Assembly: GCA_950097015.1 (NCBI GenBank)
Contig: CATNEN010000038.1
Span: 22,816,001 to 22,880,000 of the forward strand
Source of the DNA: Macrostomum hystrix
Taxonomy: Eukaryota > Animalia > Platyhelminthes
Length of the DNA stretch: 64,000 nucleotides
Direction: 5' to 3'
Within the stretch, counting starts at the first letter, position 1; each line of letters begins with the position of its first letter. Under the pieces are notes generated by a model, which saw only the letters and a program-made list of their open reading frames with translations, was not told where the DNA came from and ran no database searches. Below, one piece after another: positions 51,201 through 62,800 of the stretch. The position numbers and the translations under genes were made by a program.

Positions 51201-52533
51201 TCAGTGACTTGGGGTCTACTTCCATCAAAAGATGTTTCTGTCTCTATAAATTGTCTAAATGGTCTTCAGGGTTGTCTTAAACTTAATCTGTACAATGGTC
51301 TATCCTCATTTGAACACCTAATTTTTTTCATTAGCTCTAATAAGGCCTTACTTATCATTCCATTCTCATTACTAGGGGCCTCAGAAGACTTTAAATACGA
51401 TTTGTAAAGAAAACTTACAATAGTTAGCACTAATATTCCTTAAAAACTGTAATTACTACTTATCAGTCCGCAAGTAGTTTAATAAGCATTCGATTTTTTT
51501 GCCTTACGAATGTTTCTTGAAAATACACATTTTAGTAGATTGTTTCAGCTTGAACACGTAGGCAATCAGAAAATGTTTTAGCTAGCAAGTGTTAAAAAAA
51601 CATCTACTCTCTGTCTTAACGGAAAATTCAATTTGCTTCTCTTGTCGGCTACTTATATTCGTCCTTTCCTTTTTTGGCCGGCCAAAAATTCTACAATTCC
51701 CAGAACGGTTGCTTGCGACACGCGATAGTCGTGCATATATATTACATTAGCTGAGACTAGCAGTTGGACTAGTGTTTGCACAACCATCAGCTGTTGGCTG
51801 TTTTATTTTATATATTTGATTAGCGTTTTTTGCGCCCACCTTCTATAGGTGAGAATTGAAGAAAAACTGGTGTTAAAACAAGAGACGATTGACAAATGGC
51901 CAGCCATCTCAAAGCTTCCCAAGCCACACTGGGGCCTGGATTTTCAGGAAAGCACGAACACTAGTTCACAAAGTTTAAAAAGATCTAGTAGACTCGGAAT
52001 TCGAAATTGGTTTGAGCCTACGTTTCTTGTTGTCGGCTTGTCTTGGCACTAATCAATTCAGGCTATTAGTGTATATTTGTATAAATTATTCCTTAAATTA
52101 GATTTTTTGCTCATTCTTAACTTTTCTTCACTCTCACTTTCTCATGTCGAATTTTTTTTTATTTTTTAGAAACAGTTAATAAAAATATTCTCTGCTCATT
52201 GTCATCAGATCTTCGCTTCAAATCATGTGTGGCTTACACATCATGTTTTTTCATAGAGCTATAGACCAGTCTATAAAACAAGCATTAAATTGTTCGTGCT
52301 CTGATTTCAAGTCGTGTAGGATTTCCTGTCTGTGTCCATAAACGAGGATGTATTAATTTTGTAAGGAGCAAACAAAAATTAGTAATCCTTTGTGAATTCA
52401 GTCAAATATAACCATGAACGATTTCTGCCTATGTGCTCGTATCAATGTTTGTGCTAAACAGAATGCTACAGCATCAATCAAAACACATTTCAGATTAAAA
52501 AGTGATAATAAAACAATAATAAAACAAAAAATA

Positions 52534-55500
52534 ATGCCGTCAAACACTTTTCAACGCGTTGTCCAATTACTTGGCGACGCTCAAACAAGTTTTGTAGCCA
52601 AAGAAAAGTTGGACTGTTTATCTCAGGTGCGCGAATTGATTTTCCATCGGGAGCCGTCTCTTTTAGACAATTTCTTGGATGAGTTTATGGACTTTCAACA
52701 CGACAAACACGCCGAGGTTCGCCGTGCTGTTGTAGAATTTATTGAGCTAGCCTGCAAACACGACAATGATCACCTTCGCAAAGGCGTCGAACGACTTTAT
52801 CACATCATTCAGAATGACAAAGAGAAACTGAGTGTTATTAAACGCGTGATTGGCGCTCACACTGTTGTTTACAAGCTGTGCTTATCCTGGTTAGCAAAGA
52901 GTAAAGGCGCCAATAAAGTCATTGTTGACACATTTGGCATCGCATGCAAAATTAAAGAACGAATCCTAGCCTTGCTAGCTAGCGACAATGAAGGCGTTCG
53001 GGCATTTGTCATCAAATTTCTTGAGGCCGTTGTGCTGACGCAATCACGCCGTCGGCCGGACTCCGAGATACCCAAAGCTCAGGAGAAGGATGTCTCTCTA
53101 GACCAGATACCGTTGGATCATCGGACTCTAAATCCTAAACGATTAGAAGATGAGGGAAAACGGTGTTTTGAAGAACTATTGAATCTAGCTCACAGCGATT
53201 CTAGTAGTATCTGTCTACAGGTTGGCATGAACGCGTTAGTTAATATTGCCCTGCAACGGCCTCAGTTTATGGCTAGAGCCGTTGCTAGTTTAGAAACGCT
53301 GCACGTTAATTTGCCGCCTCAGTTGGCCACTTCTCAGGTAAGTTAGGGATGATGATTAATCAATTAATAGGGTAAATGATCAATCATTGTGATTATGATC
53401 AATCAATTGGACTAGCAGATTTAGTTCAAATCAGGCCCCAAATGCTCATTATCAATCTCTCTTGACAGGTGACATCTGTACGCAAATGTCTAAAACAATG
53501 CCTGCTATCGATTCTGAGGCATCAGAGCAGTCTGGATCATCAGCAGCAGGTGGCCACGCTGCTCACCGATCTGGGCGCCACCCAAGCCGAAGTTATTCGA
53601 GCAATGCCTCGTCTTGACGAAGCTACTCGAAAGCGTCGTCAACAGGAGGCTGCTGAACGACTTCAGCAGGCTGCAGCCGCCGCTGCCGCTGCCACTGGTG
53701 ACGTTGGAGGCGCTTCTAAACGACCTCGGCTAGACGAAGATGCCGCCTCAGGCGCGGCGCCTTCGTCAGCCGCCGCTGTGGCCGCCGCCGCAGCAGCAGC
53801 CGATGATTTTGAAGATGAAGAAGCTGGCGAAGCCTCTGAACTAGATCGTGCCGCTGAGCAGCTGGTTGGCCGGCTAACTCCGGCTAATGTGTCTGATCTA
53901 GTACTTCTAAGTATGGTCCTACTGCCGGATTCTATTCCGCCTGCTTTTCAGAGCACCTACACCCCGATTGCTGCTGCTGGCACCCCTGCTCAGGTTTGTA
54001 GGCTTGCTCTCCCTAGCTTTCAGTTGTTCCTTTTATGCGTGTTTGACGCCTTCATCCTACATGTCACTCTGTCGATCATTCATCCTGACAGTCAACCGTC
54101 CTGTCAGTCAGTCATTCATCCTGTCAGTCAGTCATTCATCCTGTCAGTCAGTCATTCATCCTGTCAGTCAGTCATTCATCTTGTCAGTCAGTCATTCATC
54201 CTGTCAGCTAGTTATTCATCCTGTCAGCTAGTCATTCATCCTGTCAGTCGGCTAGTCAGAACTTTAATTGGGAGTCGGCCAGTCACGCCGCGTGCATTCA
54301 ATTGCCTGAATTGCCAGATCGGTCATCTGGCCCGTCTGCTGGCTGCCCAGCTGCTGTCGGCCGGATTGTCACCAGACGGCTCCCAGTTGCCTGCCAAACG
54401 AACAACAGCCGGTGCTGCTGCCGCTGCTGCTGCTGCTGCTGCTGCTGCTTCGTCTGCAGCCGATCAAGCGGAAGATAATCTGCTTCAGAATCAGCAGCAG
54501 CAGCAGCAGCACCAATTACCAGCGCTGCCGGCAGCGGCAGTTCCTGTGCCACCTACTCAGAGTTCGCGCCCTAGGCAGCAGTTTAGTTTGCACAAAGCCG
54601 TCATGCCTCTAACTAAAGATGCTCAAACTCAATTGGCTCGCATGGCATTCGAGCGCCTGCTATATCCGGCCGGTCACGTGACCTCTCATCCGGGCCTGTC
54701 CATTGTTAGGCAGCGTTTATTGTCCGGCTTAACTGCCCAGTTTGGAGGTGATCTCTACCAGCTACTGTTCGACTATGTTGTTGAAGATGTTCGCAGGCGT
54801 TGGGAACTGCTTGTTATGCTGCTCTATCACGAATACACTCGGTGAGTTTTACTATGTCTTACACTTTAATCTGTTAACATTATCGGGTCAGTTTATCAAT
54901 CAGGCCATCAATCTCACTTCAGGTATTTTTCTCAGGTCACCGCTTTCTCTTCAGGTATTTTTATCAGGCCATCACTCTCTATTCAGGTATTTTTATCAGG
55001 CCATCACTCTCTATTCAGGTATTTCTCTCAGGCCATCACTCTCACTTCAGGTATTTTACTCAGGTCATCGCTTTCTCTTCAGGTATTTTAATTAGGCGAT
55101 CACTCTCACTTCAGGTATCAGGCCATTTCTTCTGATCATTTATTTTAATCAGGACTTTAAATAAAATTTCAGCTAGCGTCATTTTAGATTTTACAAGCTT
55201 TCTAAAATAAGCAATACTTTAATACTAAGCTTGTTTTATTATACTATAATTTCAACTATTTTATGCTTGATTTTTCAGTACATTCTTTAGAATTTAATAA
55301 CAATAGTTTTTTGTTATCTTGCTTGACAATCTGTTTAGCAGCAACACATGTGGGCATCATTACCATTCGCATGGTTTTGTTGGGTTTTGTCTTGTCAGTC
55401 TTATGTAGCATCAGCTGCTGCAACATGCTGGTACCTCAGTTTAAACATCCAATCAGATTAATAGATTCCCTGAATTGATATTGTCTGTGACATTTTTGTA

Positions 55501-58500
55501 CGCAGATGGCAGAAAGCTGTGGGTATCTGATTGCGATAGCTATAAGATTTTTAATTGGAATGACAATTACAATATATTAACAGTCTGTTTTTCGACGTTT
55601 TGAACTAAATTTTTAGTTCGAATCTTTCTGATTCCAAATTATTTTTGTAATAGCATAAAAATAAAATTTCCTGTGACGAAAAAAGTACTTTACGCTTAAA
55701 TGATGATGAAAATATACGCTTTTAGACCCAAGAGAATTTATAACTCTCTGTTAAAGACAGCAACGACTTAATTGCCTCAACCTGTGTTCATCGACAACAA
55801 TGAAACTTGTCGAACTATTGAGAACTCGCCATGGATCTCTACGACGCGTATCTTTCGACAATCAAGAAATTTTAAAGATCTTGACAAGTTGTGTCTTTCG
55901 ACAATCTTGGAACATTAAGATCTTGACGACTTGTGTCCCTCGGTAATCTTGGAGCTTCAAGATCTTGACGACTTGTGTCCTTCGATAATCTTGGAGCTTC
56001 AAGATCTTGACGACTTGTGTCCTTCGATAATCTTGGAGCTTCAAGATCTTGACGACTTGTGTCCTTCGATAATCTTGGAGCTTCAAGATCTTGACGACTT
56101 GTGTCCTTCGATAATCTTGGAGCTTTAAGATCTTGACGACGTGTGTCCTTCGATAATCTTGGAGCTTTAAGATCTTGACGACTTGTGTCCTTCGATAATC
56201 TTGGAGCTTTAAGATCTTGACGACTTGTGTCCTTCGATAATCTTGGAGCTTCAAGATCTTGACGACTTGTATCCTTCGATAATCTTGGAGCTTCAAGATC
56301 GTGACGACTTGGAGCTTCTAGATCTTGACGACTTGGAGCTTCTAGATCTTGACGACTTGGAGCTTCTAGATCTTGAAGATCTAGACGACTTGTGTCTTTT
56401 GATAATTATAGAACTTAAAAATCTCGACGAGTTGTGTCTTTCGACAATTATGAAACTTGGAGATCTCGACGACCTGTGTCTTTCGAGAAACTTGAAATAT
56501 AAAGGAAGATCTCGACAAGTAGTTTTTTCTTGCGTTGAAAAAATGATTTGTTTTTTTTTAAATATCTTTCGACAACTTTAAACTGTCGTGGTTCCCAGCA
56601 TATTTGATTATTTTTCTCAGAAGAGAAGTTTACCATCGCGGAGTGTCGCCTATATTATATGCTTCAAGTAAAAAGGAAATTAAAGGGAAACGGAAGTTAA
56701 TGGATAGCTAGAAAAGACGGCACACGGGTGTGAGAAAGTAGTGAAATAGAGAAAATTCGTTCTTTCCTCCGTTGCTGACGCTGTAAGGCATCAGGTGTAC
56801 AGGTGTAATCGCTTGCCAAGCTGGTCTATTCTGTCCTACTGTCCTAGATAATAATAATCGGATATGGCACTAAACTTTTCCGCGTATGCTTCTCTTAGAA
56901 AAGAAAAGTGCCTACATGTGGTAATTATAGAATTTGTCTTGCAAAAAGTCTCACTTCTAGCTTCTAACTTGTCTGCACATCACTCACATTGGTTTCTTGA
57001 AGGCGATTATTTATACTTTTATTTGTTACACTTCTTATATATGATTATGGATAGGGTTTAAGCTAGGAAAATGTCAAACCAAGTCAATAATATACAATTT
57101 TCTTAAGAATAATGTAGAAGCTTTAGAAACAATAATTGCATAGGTAAGGTAAGGAAAATAAGACACCGCATTTCTCAAGTGCGAGTTCAGCAGCTTTTGC
57201 AGCTGCAGAAAAGCTAGTTTTGCTCTCTTGCTTTTTAGCAGTATTTGCTATTGTGATTATCCTCCACCGTGGCGTATTATCAAATAAATAAGTAGTGGAT
57301 TTCGCTTTGTGATGTAGATTATTTATTATCATTCTTATTCTAGTAGCTAGCTCATCCGAAGCTTCTTTGTGTTTTTTAGTTCTTTTCTATTTCCTCACTC
57401 CAATCCCACCTAGAACAAGGAAGAGCTCTTTCAGTCTCTGCTCTCTCTCTCTCTCCTTCTTTCTCTATCACTCGATGGTGAGAAAAATTTTTTCTGTTCG
57501 CTGATTACTTTTGTATCACAAGCTTTTTTACCTCATCGGCCTTTTCCATTAATGAATTTCGTTTGGGTAAATAATAATTTGATGCATATATATGTGTTAG
57601 GCATGTGCATCTGAATTATATTATATTATAATTTCTAATTCATATTATATTGCCACGTGTTTTAATAAATTGTCACGTTTGATAATAGAGTATCTGGTGT
57701 GATAATAAAGGTACAAGTGTGATAGCGAAGTGTCACGTGTGATAATAGATTGTCAGGATCGGATTTCTAGGTTTTTATAATCGATGGTATTTCATGAGGT
57801 GATTCCAGTTCATTAATGCAGCATTTAATCATGTTTCTAAATTATCACAGTCCACTAAAAGTCCAAACAAAAATACATCAGCTACGAATTCCACCTGAAA
57901 TTCTTCCCAGATACCTTGGCTACACAGTTGCCCAACCATCTGACGGTAGTAGCGCTATTAAACTGGGCTCCTACGAGTCTTACGATCGTCTAATGAGCAG
58001 CCTATGCAATAGTCTGCAACTGTTGCCATCTAGCAAGGAGCTGTACTTTGCCAAACTGCTAGCCGAAGCGCCCCTAGTAACAGACTCGGCATTTGAGCAA
58101 TTGCGCACTCACTGCATGAGACAGCCGGATCAGGGACTGCGTCTGTTGCGAGATCTAGCTTTGAGCAGGCCGCAGCAGCGCTTTCTGACTGCTCTGTTAC
58201 AATTTGCAGCCAATGGCGATAGGCCGGATCTGCGCAATCCAGCCTTGGACATTGTTAAAGAATTGTACATCGACGATAGGCACGACGAAATTCGCGATTT
58301 CGCTCTGCAACGCCTGGAGCTGCTAGTGACGGCGTTCGGCGAATCTGCCGACGCTGCCACGCTAGGCGACGATGCTAATAAGGAGGCTAATGCTGCCTCG
58401 GAAGAGGTCACTGCTACTGTTGCTGCTGTGCCGCCTCCAGCTGAGCTGTTTTGTCTGCCTGGTCAGGTATGTACTTTTAGGCGTTGGGCAGTAAAAATTA

Positions 58501-59201
58501 TGTTCACTGGATTGACCAGATTTTTGCTAATCTTCAATGAGTTCAAAGAGTATCAGTTATGTCCTAATTACTTCGTATCGTCAGTATTGACTAATTTGCA
58601 GTCTAAGTAATAACTAATTCGCTTTCTAAATTATGACAAATTTTCTTTCTTAATCATTAATAATTAGTTGTTTAAATCATGACTAATTAGTTGTCTGAAA
58701 TTATGACTAATTATTTGTCTAAACTATGACTAATTAGTTGTCTGAATTGTGACTAATTAGTTGTCTGAATTGTGATTCATAAAGTGTCCGAAACTTGAAC
58801 TTTTACTGTCTGCCCTCCACTAAATCCATTCCAGACTCCATCCGCAGTGTGGACTGATGAGGCTCGGGCCAGCTGCCTACACCTAGCCCTGGGGCTGCTG
58901 CCGCTGGAGCACAGCCTGTTGCGTAACCTGGCATCAGCATTCGCCAGACTAAAAGAGCCGCAGTCAAAGCGACTGCTATTGCGCCTACTGGAAGGCCCGG
59001 CTGTTAGTGTTGGCCAAGCTTCACCGGAACTGCTCAGATTAGTGCGCGGAGATTGTCCAGATGGCGCTGAGCCTATGCTAGTCAGGCTGGTGCAATTGTT
59101 GGCTTCCAGCGGCCGCCCAGATCCAGGCCTGGTTGACGCTGTTAGACAGTCGCGAAGTCGCGGCGGCGGAGACGCTCGCCTACTGGTCGCTGTGCTGCCT
59201 G
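52534..59201 (+). CDS. SYMPK: Symplekin (cleavage/polyadenylation scaffold), 5' part; gene continues beyond the window
   Basis: Exons 52534-53337, 53469-53993, 54318-54841, 57911-58466, 58835-59201, GT-AG with matching phases. Motifs LLDNFLDE..FQHDK.AEVRR.VVEFIE.ACK.D, SDNEGVR, NLPPQLATSQ|VTSVRKCLK, DLVLLSM..LP..IP.AFQSTYTPIAAAGTPAQ|IGHLARLLAAQ. Confidence 0.93.
54078..54250. repeat. 20-bp minisatellite, SYMPK intron 2
   Basis: Unit CATTCATCCTGTCAGTCAGT. Confidence 0.93.
54900..55125. repeat. ~32-bp tandem repeat near the SYMPK intron 3 donor
   Basis: Unit approx CAGGCCATCACTCTCTATTCAGGTATTTTTAT. Confidence 0.88.
55865..56520. repeat. 39-bp minisatellite, SYMPK intron 3
   Basis: Unit AAGATCTTGACGACTTGTGTCCTTCGATAATCTTGGAGCTTC-type. 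Confidence 0.93.
58600..58780. repeat. Degenerate ~21-bp repeat, SYMPK intron 4
   Basis: ATGACTAATTAGTTGTCTGAA units. Confidence 0.75.
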
Positions 59202-59259
59202 GTGAGTGGCCTGAATGATTGTCTTTTAGGCACAGTAGAGCTTCAGGGGTGGTTCTAGT

Positions 59260-59523
59260 AGAACTTCAGGTGAGGTAGTAGTGTAGCTTCAGGTGAGGTA
59301 GTAGTGTAGCTTCAGGTGAGGTAGTAGTGTAGCTTCAGGTGAGGTAGTAGTGTAGCTTCAGGTGAGGTAGTAGTGTAGCTTCAGGTGAGGTAGTAGTGTA
59401 GCTTGAGGTGAGGCAGTGTAGCTTCAGGTGAGGTAGTGTAGGTTCAGGTGAGGTAGTGTAGCTTCAGGTGTGGTACCAGTAGAACTTCAGGTGAGGTAGT
59501 AGTGTAGCTTCAGGTGAGGTAGT
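59260..59523. repeat. 23-bp minisatellite, SYMPK intron 5, interrupted by the LTR element
   Basis: Unit TTCAGGTGAGGTAGTAGTGTAGC. Confidence 0.93.
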
Positions 59524-59780
59524 TGTCGGATTCCCGAATCCTCCATATGCTATTACAAAGTACGCAATCTTCATATATTCATATATATTCATTTGCATTA
59601 GTCTGCCCCAATTCTCGTTCACTACGTTTGAACCATAGACAAACTCCAAGCTTCCACTGTACTCTATAACTCGTATTATCAATAAAGCAAGCGCGGGGCT
59701 TTGCCCCAAAGGAGAAACTTTCTACCTTACCACAGCGGCAGCAGCATATCCGTTTATATTATTGTCACTGCCTGACAATT

Positions 59781-59798
59781 TGGTAGCAGAGCGTGGTT
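59781..59798 (+). promoter_or_regulatory. Primer-binding site complementary to the 3' end of initiator tRNA-Met
   Basis: TGGTAGCAGAGCGTGGTT, 3 nt after the LTR end; eukaryotic tRNAiMet ends ...CUCUGCUACCA. Confidence 0.8.
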
Positions 59799-59836
59799 TA
59801 CAAGCCTGCCTACGTGCCCGCCTGTGATCCACAAAC

Positions 59837-62800
59837 ATGTCCAGCCTATGCGCATTCGTTAGCACGACCGCCACGTGCTCTGAGACATGCCTAGCTCAAC
59901 AGCACAGCAAGGAAAAGCTGCGCTGCCAGTACTGCCATACCGTCATATGTCGCCGTTTCGTTGACTCAGCCTTCTCTCCTAAGGGATCGGCCAGTAAGGC
60001 GGTGTTCGACCTTCTCCTCTCTCGACTCAACGAGGCCTTGGACTCAGCCGGCCCGCAGCCCGTCTACAAATGCCCTCTCTGTCCCTCCTCGGACGGCTAC
60101 TCAGCGCCCTCGCTCTACGAGCAGCTGACAGCCCAGGGACTCATGCAGGTGGACCTTCGCGACAAGCGTCCAACGCACTTCAAACGTAGCGGCCTCCAGC
60201 ACTGCATCCGGGCCTCCGGCTCTGAGGAGGGAGTGGAGAGCGCCTCCACACCAGAAGCCCGCGACCCAGGCCACGTGAACAACGACGGCGGCAGCCAGCG
60301 ACGCAACAGCGCCAACCCTTCGACTACATCAGCACAGCCAGCCTCCCATTCTGCCTGTGCCACTCCGCGGCCCACTACTACAGATCCCGCAGCCGCGCCC
60401 GCACAGCCTGGCTTCTTCCCACGGTCCAGCCCATCCTACGCACCCGGCGCAGCGCCCGCTGTCTCTCAGGACTGCATGCAGCAGCTCCTCTACAGCTTGA
60501 CACAGATGATGCAACAGAACCAGCAGATCCTGCTGCAGGTCCAGGCCCAAGCGTGCCAGCCTTCCAACTCATCCGTTCCAACCCAACCGGCTCCACGACC
60601 CAACTTCTCGGGCGACAGCGTCCTTCGCAACGTCCAGCTCCAAACGTTCGACGGCAGCGACCCCGCCAGCTTCCCAGCCTTCTGGAGCTCCTTCAACTAC
60701 CGAGTCGACAGCACCAGTTACTCGGATGTGGACAAGTTCGAGACCCTACGAGGCCTTCTCAAAGATGCTGCGCTCAAGAAGCTCGGTGGCCTCGACGCCT
60801 GCCAGCCCGGCGCGTACAAGGAGGCCCGTCGCATCCTCGAGCTCAACTATGGCGACCTGCAAGAGCAGAAGAGCGTCTGCTACCGTCGTCTCCTCGCCAT
60901 GCCGCGTCTGCGTAGCATCGAGTACGAGAGCCTGGAGGACTTCGCCGACGTTCTCCGTCTCACCATCGGACAACTCAGTCGACTAAACGAGCCGGCAGCC
61001 GCCATGGACGCCTACGCTTTCGCCTTGTGGCCCAAGCTACCGAGCGCCATGCAGATGGATATCCAAGAGGCGCGCATCAAGGGTTCCAAGACACCCATGC
61101 CCACCATAGCCGAGCTACAGGACCACCTCGACACCAAGCTGCGAGCGCTCCGAGCCTCGATTGCCACTGCCGAGCCTGCAGCGATCCCGTACGCCGGTGC
61201 TAGTCTCGTCAACGCAGCTTGCCATACCAAAGACATCTTCAAAACTGAGCAACGCAACTCCAGACCTAGCTGGGACCCTCCAGCTCGCGACAACAACAGT
61301 CGACTAACTCGCCGACGCGACGCCAATTGCGTTTTCTGCGACAGCGACACCCACGCTGCCTCCCACTGTGGTCGCGTGGTCAAGCCAGATGAGCGACTGG
61401 ACATCGTCCGACGCAAGAAACTCTGCTTCAACTGCCTGCGAGCGCACGAGGTTCGCAACTGCCCCTCGCGCTTTCGCTGCCAGGAGTGCAAGGCCAAACA
61501 CCACACTTCCCTGCACGGTGCCAGCACCCTGGAGACTAAGCCAGCTCACAAGACTGTGTCTACGCGACAGTCCAAAACTAACTCACACCTCAACGCCTCC
61601 AGCGGCACGACTGCCATAGCCGATTCCGAAAGTGCGCCTGTCAATGCCATCTCCTGCATCTCCTCAACCCAGGACCAACAGTTGAGCTCCACCATCATGG
61701 CCACCTTCGCCACAGCTGCCGTCAACCCCGTCAACGGTGCCTCTGTCAAGGTGACAGCCCTCATCGACGGCGGCTGCAGCTACACGTACCTCAACAATGA
61801 CATTGCTCAACGCCTCGGTCTCAAGTCGCTCGCTAGACTGAGCCTCGACAGCTCCGCTTGCCACGCCGACACCCGCCGTCGCATTCATGCCGACATCGTC
61901 CGACTTGAGCTCGCTGCGGCCGACGGCCGCCGCATGCCATTGAAGGTACTCTGCGTGGAGAAGATCGCTCCAGCTATCCACGTACCAGCTACGAAACTGC
62001 CCAGGGACGTCCAGGCTAGCCTCGCTCACGTTCCGTATGGTATCGCCAACTTACCTCCTGCCAGAGACGAAGAGGTACATCTCGACCTGCTCATCGGCAA
62101 CGACTACGCCCAGCTGCTGATCGGACCCAGCATCGGCGCCATCCCGCTGCGGCCCAGGCTCACGGCCCACCTCACCCCGTTCGGCGCCATACTGAGCGGA
62201 TCCCTCGGAGACGACGAGCATCACAGCGGCAACAGCCACCCTCGCGTCATCGGCAACACTCTGCTCTGTAATAGCCATCCGACGAACCTGGAACAGCTGG
62301 TAGACCGGATGACCAGCCTTGAGATCCTTGGCCTGCAGAAGGATGTGGGGCGAGTAAACCTTCAGGATGACGCGCTCACCATCCGCCTTCTCGAGAGCGT
62401 CACTCGCCAGCCAGATGGACGCTTCTCCGTCGCCCTGCCCTTCAAGCCTGAGGCAGAGCAGCTACCCACCAACTTCAGCCAAGCCTTTGGACGCGCTCAA
62501 GCGACCCACCGCAGACTGACGCTGGCCCAACGCGAGCAATACTACGCAGAGTTCAAGAAGAGAAAAGAGGAAGGTGTTATTGAGATCGTGGACGGAGGCA
62601 AGCCTGCAGGGTCCATAGTACACGTGCTCCCACACTTTCCAGTCGTCAAGGAGTCGTCCAACACCACCAAGATCCGGCCAGTAGTGGATGCTTCCGCTCC
62701 CACATCACTTGGTGGCCGCTCCCTCAACGACCTGCTGGAAACCGGGCCTAACTTACTCACAAGCCTCCTGCAAGTGCAACTACGTCTACGCATCTTCCGG

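Noticed and set aside
52414-52533. Upstream ATG extension of symplekin in the ORF track
   Set aside because: Similarity to symplekin starts near MPSNTFQRVV (52534), and a TTTCAG acceptor ends at 52493. The upstream part is probably intron or outron; a possible cis donor exists at 51849, so trans-splicing is not claimed.
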